This document shows positions 35,976 through 44,253 of a DNA stretch of 64,000 bases, in pieces. The position numbers and the translations under genes were made by a program. Source of the DNA: an uncultured Pseudomonadota bacterium (GTDB taxonomy: Bacteria > Myxococcota_A > Polyangia > Fen-1088); the NCBI GenBank assembly GCA_963847705.1, contig CAWKBC010000011.1:1-64000 (forward strand). Reading direction: 5' to 3'. The notes under the pieces are model-generated. The model searched no databases, was not told the origin of the DNA, and saw only the letters and a program-made list of their open reading frames with translations. Positions within the stretch are counted from its first letter, which is position 1; every line of letters starts with the position of its first letter.

Positions 35976-36626
35976 TCAGCAGCCCGGAAAGCAGGCGGTT
36001 CCCAAACGCTGGGCGGTTTGGGCGCGGCCGGCCGCGGCGATCTCCAGGACCTTGGCGACGGTCTGCCGCGCCGCCCGCTGGAGCTCCGGCGTGTCGGCGT
36101 ACTTCCCGAGCAGCTTCTGACCGAGCTCCTGGTGCGCACGCTCGTCCGGCTGGATGTAGGCGCGATAGATGCGAGCTGTCTCGGCGTCGCCGCGCTGCTC
36201 GCAGAAGGCGATGAAGCTCTCGTTGACCGCGTAGGCGATGGACTCCAGCGTGAAGAGGCCCGCGGCCACCCGCTCGACGGTCGAGGAGAGGCCCCGCAAA
36301 TACTGAAACAGGGGGTTCTCCGGCGGCTGCTTGAAGGCGGATACGTCGAAGCCCAGCGCGCCCAGGCGCTCCGCGACGAGCTGAAAGTGCCCCGCCTCGT
36401 CGCCCGCCTGGCGCGCGAAGGCCAGCTTCACGTCGATCTCGGGCGTGCTGGGCGTCCAGGCCGCCGCCAGCTCGGCGACATTGATCTCGTTGGCCAAGGC
36501 GACCTCCAGCAGCCGCTTGGCGTCCGCCGGACCACCGCCCAGCGACGTCTGTCCCGCGGCCACCATGCCGGAGAGGCGCTCCGCCTTGAACGCTTCGAGC
36601 TCCTGAACAAACGCGGTTATCGCCAT
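35976..36626 (-). CDS. Ferritin-like di-iron domain protein
   Basis: E..DEAGH..E..DERAH carboxylate/His spacing. Confidence 0.75.
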   Translation of the reverse strand: MAITAFVQELEAFKAERLSGMVAAGQTSLGGGPADAKRLLEVALANEINVAELAAAWTPSTPEIDVKLAFARQAGDEAGHFQLVAERLGALGFDVSAFKQPPENPLFQYLRGLSSTVERVAAGLFTLESIAYAVNESFIAFCEQRGDAETARIYRAYIQPDERAHQELGQKLLGKYADTPELQRAARQTVAKVLEIAAAGRAQTAQRLGTACFPGC

Positions 36627-36936
36627 TGTCTATTCCTCGCCCAAGTCGACCAGGAGCGCCATCGAAACCGCCTGGCTCATCAGCGACGAGGTCTAGCTCA
36701 TCGTCACCGCCCTCCCCGGCTCACACGATCTCGTACTCGACCTGCCCTTCGCGGCCGATCGGTTCCTGGTCAGACAGGGCGTCGCCAGAGGTCAGTCAAC
36801 GTCTACGCCCCCGGCTGTACAAAAAAACGCCGCCGCGGGCGCGGCGCCCCCGTGCCGCGCCCGCAGCAACGTCACAACATCGTCCGACTCATCGCTTCGC
36901 GATCGGCCCTAGCCGGTCGCCCGCGCTTCTTCTTGC

Positions 36937-37308
36937 TCATCGTGAGTCCTCGAGCGTCTCGGGTGCCTCTGCCGCTACAGAGCGGCGCTCGCGGGGCCGG
37001 GTGGGGACCCCCAGGCGACGTCCCTTCAGATCCTTGACCGAACGGATCTTCGAATCGGGCAGGAGGCGCGTGTCCCGGCCGGCGGCGCGGGCCCAGATGG
37101 CGGGAATGCTCCCGCCCTGGCGGAAGGAGTTGTCCAGCTTGTGGTCGTAGTGCGATTCCCGGACGTCCGGATCGGCGTTGTCGAGCACGGAGTCGAGCTT
37201 GATCCCGTCCTTGGCGAACTCCTCTTCGATCCAGCCGAGCTGGACGGCGATGCCCGTCGGGGTGGGCACTCCACAACGCGTGTACCAAGGCTTCTCGAGC
37301 TTGCTCAT
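36937..37308 (-). pseudogene. Truncated DszB-like paralog
   Basis: WYTRCGVPTP..ESHYDHKLDNSFRQGG matches the 55794 gene, lacks the VVGLTWTDE segment and stops shortly after DLKGRRLGVP. Confidence 0.8.
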
Positions 37309-37373
37309 GATGGATCTCCAGGTTCAGGGTTCGGCGCGTCCGAGCTGCTCGACGCTCAATGCCGTCGTTTCGG

Positions 37374-38423
37374 TCAGGCTGCTTGTCGTTCGGCCTCGAG
37401 GCGCTTGCTCGCCTCCTCGAGGGGCCGGAAATCGAGCCAGGCGTCGTAATCGAAGTCCCGGTCGAGAAAGCCGTGAATGAGCTGGAAGTCCTTCTGCTGA
37501 CGGAACAGCTCCACGCGCTCCCGGGAAAGGTCCGGCGCCAGCGAGAGATGGAACCCGTCGCGGTAGGCCGCCTTCACCCCTTCCGATCCGGCGCGGGTCT
37601 CCGCCTGCAGGATCTGGTGAACCTCGCCGAGGTGGGTCTTGGCCCACGCGGCGGCGCGCAGCGTCTGGTAGAGGAAGCGCACCAGCAGATCGAAGTGGTT
37701 CTCCAGAAAGTCTTGGTGAACGGTGATCGGTCGCGGCGTTCCGTTGTTGACCCGGAACCGGCGGTCGGCAAGCCGGTCGAGGTCGATACCGACCACGGCA
37801 CCCTGCTTGCGGGCTGCTTCGGCAGCGGCGGCGCCCTTGACGTAGAGGGCGTCTACTTCGCCGTCGAGGAGCGGCTCCAGGCCGTCCCACAGTCGTCCCT
37901 GGTTCTCTCGCGCAGCGCCGGCTGCTCCAGTGACCACGTCGCCACCCACCTCGACGAGACGCACGTCATCGAGCGTGAGTCCCACCGAGGCGAGCGCGCC
38001 CTTGTATCCCTGCAGGCTCATGCCGCGCGCGATGCTGCGTCCGCGCTTGTTCTCCGCGAGGTCCGCCGCCCGGAACACCGGAAGCGCCAGCCGCTTGCCC
38101 TTGAGATCGGCCGGTGAGCGGATGTCGGAGTCGGGCCGCACCAGGATCGACTGCCCTTCTTCGATCCAGGTCAGGCCAATCAGCCGGGTCGGTGCCCCTT
38201 GCGCTTTGGCCGGGAGGGCGAACAGGTTGCCGCCTTCACGAATCAGCGTGGCGAGCTGGTGATCGTAGTGATGACGGGCCAGCTCGCCGCCCGCCTCTTG
38301 CAGCGTGCCGAGCGCAATTCCGTCGGATTTGAACTCCTCCTCCAACCAGCCCAGCTTGTAGGCCAGTCCGGTGGCGGTGGGCACGGGGCAACGGGTGAAC
38401 CAGATCTTGTCGATGGCGCTCAT
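37374..38423 (-). CDS. DszB-like (desulfinase / SsuA-fold) protein
   Basis: ATG at 38423; WFTRCPVP (Cys), HHYDH, REGGN, DLKGKRLA and VNNGTPR; no signal peptide. Confidence 0.75.
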   Translation of the reverse strand: MSAIDKIWFTRCPVPTATGLAYKLGWLEEEFKSDGIALGTLQEAGGELARHHYDHQLATLIREGGNLFALPAKAQGAPTRLIGLTWIEEGQSILVRPDSDIRSPADLKGKRLALPVFRAADLAENKRGRSIARGMSLQGYKGALASVGLTLDDVRLVEVGGDVVTGAAGAARENQGRLWDGLEPLLDGEVDALYVKGAAAAEAARKQGAVVGIDLDRLADRRFRVNNGTPRPITVHQDFLENHFDLLVRFLYQTLRAAAWAKTHLGEVHQILQAETRAGSEGVKAAYRDGFHLSLAPDLSRERVELFRQQKDFQLIHGFLDRDFDYDAWLDFRPLEEASKRLEAERQAA

Positions 38424-38439
38424 GGTGGGCCATCGGCAT

Positions 38440-38533
38440 TGCGAGGCTCGTGCCGAAGCGAAACCCGGCGTCAGCGGCCTCGCGGGCGGAGTCGACTGCT
38501 GACGACCGCGCAACGCTGCTTCCCCGGCAGCAG
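38440..38533 (-). promoter_or_regulatory. Sigma54 promoter with paired boxes
   Basis: Minus-strand CGGCAC-GAGCC-TCGCA at 38440-38455; CTGC-N10-GCAA (38496) and CTGC-N10-GCAG (38516). Confidence 0.65.
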
Positions 38534-38805
38534 GCGGCTCTCCCTCTGCTGGACTGTCGTGGCACGGCGGTGTCGGGCCTGCATGTTGCGCCTCGGCCAA
38601 CCGCAGCGCGCTCGGCGGTCGCGCGGAATGGGCGTTCTGGGGCTCTGGCCGGCGGATCTCGCTGAAAAGCTCCGCCAACATTTGCCGAGCGGCGCCGTCA
38701 CGAGGATCTCCGTGGACGACATTGGCGACGTCGGCCCTACCGCGAAGCTGTAACGAAAGGAGCGAACATGCGGGAAGCAATCGTGCAGACACTGGCCGCT
38801 GCCCG

Positions 38806-39483
38806 CTATCCGGTGGAGGCCGAGCGAAGCGATCCCGACCCGGCCACCAGCAGGCTGCCGCGTTCGGCCAGGATTTGAATGAACTGAGCTGCGAAGTCCT
38901 CGGGCACCGTCTCCGCCACCGACGGCCTCTTGGCCAGGCTCCGGGACAACGCAGCCAGCTTGGGCGTGTGATCGAGGAGGTCAATGCCCAGGCGCTCGGC
39001 CGCGACCACGAAACGATGAAGCGCCGGTGCCACCGCGATGTGGATCAGACCGAACGCCGACTCCGAGATCACCCCGGCGGTGATTGCCTCTTCGAACCGC
39101 ACCAGAAGAGCACGGAGCACCGCGCCCGTATTGGCGGCCTCTACCGGATCGGCCGCGGCGAACGCCTTGAACTGCGCTCCCAGGAGGTCGTTGGCCACCT
39201 CCACCCAGGCCCGCTGGCGGGCTCGCTCGAACGGATCGGCGGGGACCAGGCGCGGCGGGTGCGTCTCGTCGAGGAACTCGCAGATCGCGGCCGACTCGAA
39301 CAGCGCCCGTCCGTCAGCCACCAGGACCGGCACCTTGCCGCGCGGCGAGATCGCCAGGAACCAGTCCGGCTTGTTCTTGAGGTCGACGATCCGGCGCTCG
39401 AACGGGACCCCCTTCTCCCGCAACATGATGGCGGCGCGGTGGACGAACGGACAGAGCGCATGACTGACCAGCTCGAGCTTCAT
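38806..39483 (-). CDS. Glutathione S-transferase
   Basis: LCPFVHR, KPDWFLAISPRGKVPVL and FESAAICEFLDE. Confidence 0.92.
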   Translation of the reverse strand: MKLELVSHALCPFVHRAAIMLREKGVPFERRIVDLKNKPDWFLAISPRGKVPVLVADGRALFESAAICEFLDETHPPRLVPADPFERARQRAWVEVANDLLGAQFKAFAAADPVEAANTGAVLRALLVRFEEAITAGVISESAFGLIHIAVAPALHRFVVAAERLGIDLLDHTPKLAALSRSLAKRPSVAETVPEDFAAQFIQILAERGSLLVAGSGSLRSASTG

Positions 39484-39729
39484 GATCGACGTTCGCCCCG
39501 TTCGCGCCCGTTCGCCGTGCCATGAGGGTGGAGAGGGGCCGCGTACGACACGAGGGACATGTGTCTACCCTAGTAGACGAATCGGCGCAGGCAAGCCGTA
39601 TTCGAGCTCCACCGTCAGACCATCTACCGGCGCCGCCGGCGCACCCGAGTGAGGACAATGGCCAGCGCTCCTGCCGCCAGGACGGTCGGGCTGTGATGAC
39701 GCGCACCGAACGCCACGCCGCATCCGCAA

Positions 39730-39822
39730 CTGCGCGCCGGCACGCAGTCACCCGACTGACCTGCCCTTCCAGCAGCAGCGCTGTTCACATGCGGTGGGAA
39801 GTCCGCTGGCACGAGTCCTGCT
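39730..39822 (+). promoter_or_regulatory. Sigma54 promoter with paired boxes upstream of ribBA-ssuE
   Basis: TGGCAC-GAGTC-CTGCT at 39807-39822; CTGC-N10-GCAG at 39730 and 39761. Confidence 0.75.
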
Positions 39823-39849
39823 GAAGCTTCGAGGAGGAGAACCGACGAC

Positions 39850-41046
39850 GTGAGCAAGATTGAAGAGGCCATCGCGGCGATCGCCCGCGGCGAGATGGTG
39901 GTGGTGGTCGACGATCCCGGCCGCGAGAACGAAGGCGACCTGGTGATGGCGGCGGCCAAGGTGACGCCGCAGGCGCTGGCCTTCATGGTCCGGCACACGA
40001 GCGGCGTCATCTGCGCGGCGCTGCCGGCGGCGCGGCTGCAGGCGCTCCAGCTCCCGCTGATGGTGGCGGACAACGCCGAGTCCCAGCGCACCGCCTTCAC
40101 GATCACCGTCGACGCGCGACATGGCATCACCACCGGCATCTCGGCGGCGGACCGGGCGGCCACGCTGCGCGCGCTCGCGGAGCCCGCGTCCCAGGCGGAC
40201 GACTTCGTGCGGCCGGGGCACGTGTTTCCCCTGCGCAGCCGCCAGGGCGGCGTGCTGGAACGCCGCGGTCACACCGAGGCCGCCGTCGATCTGGCCCGAC
40301 TGGCCGGCCTTCCACCCTGTGGCGTCCTCTGCGAGGTGATGAACGACGACGGGAGCATGGCCCGACCGCAGGAGCTGGCCGCCTTCGCCGACCGCCACGG
40401 CCTGGCCATCATCGCCATCTCCGACCTGGTCGCCTACCGCCGCCGCACGGAGACGCTTGTCGCGCCGGTCGCCGAGGCGCGCCTGCCCACGCCGCACGGC
40501 CTCTTCTCCGCGCGCGTGTACCGTGCCCACGACGGGACCGAGCACGTGGCGCTGGTGATGGGCGAGGTTCGTGGGCGGGCGGACGTGCTGGTGCGCGTGC
40601 ATTCGGAGTGTCTGACCGGCGATATTTTTGGATCGCTCCGCTGCGACTGCGGCGGACAGCTCGACGCGGCCCTGGCGCTGGTGGCCAAAGAAGGTCGAGG
40701 CGTGGTGGTTTACCTGCGTGGGCAGGAGGGGCGCGGGGTGGGGCTCACCAGCAAGCTGCACGCCTACAAACTGCAGGATCAGGGGCGCGACACGGTCGAG
40801 GCGAACCTGGATCTGGGGTTGCCGGTCGACTCCCGGACCTATGACGTCGGCGCCCAGATCCTGGCCGACCTGGGGGTCAGCACCCTGCGGCTGATGAGCA
40901 ACAACCCGGCAAAGTTCGTCGAGCTCGAGGGCTACGATCTCCGCATCGTCGGCCGGGTCCCGTTGCTGGTCACACCGAACCGCGAGAACATTGCCTACTT
41001 GAGAACGAAACAGCTCAAGCTCGGCCATCAGCTCGAGGTCGTCTAG
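39850..41046 (+). CDS. ribBA: Bifunctional DHBP synthase / GTP cyclohydrolase II
   Basis: [43 protein letters not shown] and QEGRG. Confidence 0.96.
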   Translation: MSKIEEAIAAIARGEMVVVVDDPGRENEGDLVMAAAKVTPQALAFMVRHTSGVICAALPAARLQALQLPLMVADNAESQRTAFTITVDARHGITTGISAADRAATLRALAEPASQADDFVRPGHVFPLRSRQGGVLERRGHTEAAVDLARLAGLPPCGVLCEVMNDDGSMARPQELAAFADRHGLAIIAISDLVAYRRRTETLVAPVAEARLPTPHGLFSARVYRAHDGTEHVALVMGEVRGRADVLVRVHSECLTGDIFGSLRCDCGGQLDAALALVAKEGRGVVVYLRGQEGRGVGLTSKLHAYKLQDQGRDTVEANLDLGLPVDSRTYDVGAQILADLGVSTLRLMSNNPAKFVELEGYDLRIVGRVPLLVTPNRENIAYLRTKQLKLGHQLEVV

Positions 41047-41066
41047 CAGTCCGGCGGGGAGAAGCG

Positions 41067-41609
41067 ATGTCACTCATTGTCACCATCACGGGCAGCCCAT
41101 CGGCGGGCTCGCGCACGGCGCAGCTCACCGACAACGTCGCCGCCAACCTGCGGGCGCGCGGCTTCGAGGTGGAAGGGATCAACGTTCGAGATCTTCCGCC
41201 CGCCGATCTCCTGCACGCCAACGCGGAGTCGAAGCCGCTCGCGCATGCCCTCGGCCTGGTGGAACGCGCCCGGGGCGTGGTCATCTCCTCACCCGTCTAC
41301 AAGGCTTCCTATACGGGCATCCTGAAGGCCTTCCTCGATCTGCTGCCCCAGTTCGGGCTGGGCGGGAAGATCGTTCTGCCCTTGATGACCGGAGGGACGA
41401 CGGCGCACGTGCTGGCGCTCGACTACGCGTTGCGGCCGGTGCTGCTCACGCTGGGCGCGCTGCACGTGGTGACGGGGCTCTTCCTGCTCGACAGATCGAT
41501 CCTGCCGCGGCCCGGGGGCGGCGTCGATCTCGACGCGGATCTGCAGGTCCGGCTGGATGCGGTCCTGGCCGATTTCGCGGCCAGCCTGCGGCGGCATTCC
41601 GACCTCTGA
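41067..41609 (+). CDS. ssuE: NADPH-dependent FMN reductase
   Basis: GSPSAGSRT, SPVYKASYTGILKAFLDLLPQ and GGTTAHVLALDYALRPVL. Confidence 0.9.
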   Translation: MSLIVTITGSPSAGSRTAQLTDNVAANLRARGFEVEGINVRDLPPADLLHANAESKPLAHALGLVERARGVVISSPVYKASYTGILKAFLDLLPQFGLGGKIVLPLMTGGTTAHVLALDYALRPVLLTLGALHVVTGLFLLDRSILPRPGGGVDLDADLQVRLDAVLADFAASLRRHSDL

Positions 41610-41652
41610 CCGACCGAACACCCCGGGGCCATCGCCAGCCGGTGTCCGTTAT

Positions 41653-41695
41653 ACAAGACTTTTGTCTTGTGTGACGACGGACGTTCCCGTATAGT
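41653..41695 (+). promoter_or_regulatory. Sigma70-like promoter with overlapping palindrome upstream of the activator gene
   Basis: ACAAGAC-TTTT-GTCTTGT (41653-41670) overlaps TTGTGT-N17-TATAGT. Confidence 0.5.
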
Positions 41696-41843
41696 CCGGA
41701 AACGTCATGGCCCGATCGAACGTCGCTGAATTCCCCTTCCGACAGACCTGTTGAAGCGACGGCCGCCTTCGGTCGTCTGCCAGCGAGTCAATGGAAGGGA
41801 ACAGAATCATGCAGATCGAGATTCATCGCCGGGAGTCACGTTG

Positions 41844-43949
41844 ATGTCCGTCCTCACGCTGCCAAGGGGCGAGAAGCTGTCGCTGTCGGTGCGCGCGAAA
41901 GCCCTGGTCTTCGAGGACCCGAAGTCGCGCGCGCTCCTGGCCCGCATTCAGCAGGTGGCACCCAGCAGTGCCACGGTGCTCATCGCCGGCGAGACCGGGA
42001 CCGGGAAGGAGATCGTCGCCCGCCACATCCACCAGCTCTCCAACCGCGCGCACCGACCCTTCGTGGCCGTCAACTGCGGCGCCTTCTCGGAGTCGCTGAT
42101 CGAGAGCGATCTCTTCGGCCACGACAAGGGGGCCTTCACCGGGGCCGCCGTGGGAAAGGCCGGATGGTTCGAGGAGGCGGACGGAGGGACGCTCTTTCTC
42201 GACGAGATCGGCGACCTGCCCCTGACCGCCCAGGTGAAGTTGCTGCGGGTCCTCCAGGAGCACGAGGTGGTCCGGCTCGGCTCCAGGCATCCGATCCCCG
42301 TCGACGTCCGGCTGATCGCCGCCACCAACGTGCGGCTGGAAGAGGCGGTGGCCGCCGGGCACTTCCGCGAGGATCTCTTTTACCGGTTGGCGGTGGCCAA
42401 GGTCTCGGTGGACGCCCTGCGAGATCGGGTGGGCGACATCCTGCCGCTGGCGCAATATTTTCTGGCGGTCTACGCGAACCGATTGGGCACGACCGGGAGC
42501 GCGGGTGTCCCGGCGCTGACTGCGGCGGCGGAACGTTGCCTGCTCGGTCATCCCTGGATGGGCAACATCCGCGAGCTGGAGAACGCCATTCACCACGCGC
42601 TGCTGGTCTGCCGCGGCGGTCAGATCACGCCCGAGGACCTTCCCCTCATCACGATGCCGCCCCGTCGTCCAACCGGCTCCCACGCCACGCTCGGTGCGCT
42701 GCCCCCGGCGGAGGTCACGCCTCCCCCGACTCCGGTCCTGGACCCGCGCGCCAAGCTTCGCAGCGCGCTCAGGGAGCTCTACGACGAAGGCGCGCCCGGG
42801 CTCTGGAGCGACATCGAAGAGATGGTCATGCTGACCGCCTACGAACACTCCCGCGAGAATCAGCTCCGCACGGCCCGCCTCCTGGGCGTGAGCCGCAACG
42901 TCGTCCGCGCGCGCCTCCTGCAGTTCGGCGCGCTGGTGGGCGGGACGCGGGAGGGCGAGGAGCCCGAGGAGACGGCCGGGTCGAGAGGGCCGTCGAGAGA
43001 GCCGTCGAGGGAACCGCCCAAAGAGCCGTCGGGAGAGCGCCTGAAGGTCCGCATCGGCTGCCTGAAGCTGGGGCCTCTGACCGTCATGCGGATCAACGGA
43101 GCCCTGGCGCGCCGCTGGGCCGCGCGTGGAATCGACGTCGCGTGGTCGGAGCTCGAAGCCGGTCCCTCGATCGTCGAAGCCATGAGCGCCGGCCGGCTGG
43201 ACCTCGCGGTGGCGGGCAGCATCTCCTCGATCATGGGGCAAGCAGACGGCGTCCCCCTGGTCTGCCTGGCCGCGGAGCCGCACACGCCCGAGGGAGCGGC
43301 GATCGTGGTTCACCCCGATTCGCCCATCTGGCAGGTCGCCGACCTCAAGGGGAAGACGGTCGCGCTCAACCGTGGTTCGAACAGCGACTATCTTCTGCTG
43401 AAGGCGCTCGAGGAGGCGGAGCTCGACATCGACGACGTGCACCTGTCCGATCTGCCCGCGGGTGACGCGCAGACGGCGTTCGAGCACCGCGACTTCGACG
43501 CCTGGGCCATCTGGAACCCCGTGCTCGCGGTGCTGCGCCAGAAGAATGGCGCCCGGGTCCTGCGCGACAGCTCGGGGCTCTCTGGAAACGTCCTCTGCTA
43601 CGTGGGGACGCGCGCCTTCTCCAGCGCCCACCCCGAGCTCATCGACGAGTTTCTCCAGGAGGTGAGCCACACCGGCGCGTGGATCAACGACAATCAGGCG
43701 GCGGCGATCGAGCTGCTGGCGGAAAACCTGCCGGTGAGCCGGGCCGCCATCTCCGCGGCGCTCTCCCGGCGGCGATTCGGCGCGCGTCCCGTCGACGCCG
43801 CGCTGCTGGCCGCTCAGCAATCGGTCGCCGACACGCTGCTGCGGGCGAACCGGATCGGGCGCCGAGTGGCGGTGGCCGACGCGCAGTGGGTGCCCCCGCT
43901 GCCGGTGCTCCCCAGGCCGGCACCGCAAGCGGTGCGCGCCCGTCGCTGA
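41844..43949 (+). CDS. SfnR-like sigma54 activator (AAA+ and HTH) fused to a SsuA-like binding-protein domain
   Basis: RAKALVFEDP N-terminus with no receiver; GETGTGKE, GAFTGA, WMGNIRELEN, NQLRTARLLGVSRNVVRARL; then in frame GPSIVEAMSAG, DLKGKTVA..GS and DAWAIWNP. Confidence 0.85.
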   Translation: MSVLTLPRGEKLSLSVRAKALVFEDPKSRALLARIQQVAPSSATVLIAGETGTGKEIVARHIHQLSNRAHRPFVAVNCGAFSESLIESDLFGHDKGAFTGAAVGKAGWFEEADGGTLFLDEIGDLPLTAQVKLLRVLQEHEVVRLGSRHPIPVDVRLIAATNVRLEEAVAAGHFREDLFYRLAVAKVSVDALRDRVGDILPLAQYFLAVYANRLGTTGSAGVPALTAAAERCLLGHPWMGNIRELENAIHHALLVCRGGQITPEDLPLITMPPRRPTGSHATLGALPPAEVTPPPTPVLDPRAKLRSALRELYDEGAPGLWSDIEEMVMLTAYEHSRENQLRTARLLGVSRNVVRARLLQFGALVGGTREGEEPEETAGSRGPSREPSREPPKEPSGERLKVRIGCLKLGPLTVMRINGALARRWAARGIDVAWSELEAGPSIVEAMSAGRLDLAVAGSISSIMGQADGVPLVCLAAEPHTPEGAAIVVHPDSPIWQVADLKGKTVALNRGSNSDYLLLKALEEAELDIDDVHLSDLPAGDAQTAFEHRDFDAWAIWNPVLAVLRQKNGARVLRDSSGLSGNVLCYVGTRAFSSAHPELIDEFLQEVSHTGAWINDNQAAAIELLAENLPVSRAAISAALSRRRFGARPVDAALLAAQQSVADTLLRANRIGRRVAVADAQWVPPLPVLPRPAPQAVRARR

Positions 43950-44253
43950 CGGCGGTCACGCGCGCTTCGCCGCAGGCTGCTGCCCGATCGCGCAATCCGG
44001 CCGAGGTGCTGGAATTGCTGGCATCCGAAGCGAGCGGCGCTAACGTCGATGAGGTGCTCGACTCCCACGCTTCTAAGGTCCATCGCCCCTTGCAGCCCAA
44101 GCTGACCTGGGAGTACGGACCGCTGGCCGAGGCCGAGAGCCTGGTCCGCGCCGGGCCGGAGCTCTTCGAGCTGCCCAGCCAGGCCCCCTCCGCACGCAAC
44201 GCCAGGAAACCGGGGGCCGGAGACGGTTCCCGGAAGAGGTCCGTGACGATCGC

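Noticed and set aside
36640-36930. Possible gene remnant (..QEPIGREGQVEYEIV*) on the minus strand
   Set aside because: Too short to assign without a search.
39484-39849. FMN riboswitch upstream of ribBA
   Set aside because: No RFN conserved segments were recognised, and the promoter lies only ~27 bp from the start codon.
43950-44253. Sigma54 promoter and boxes for the double ABC gene, or a small gene
   Set aside because: The best box has N11 spacing, no correctly spaced -24/-12 was found, and the open frame has no recognisable motif.
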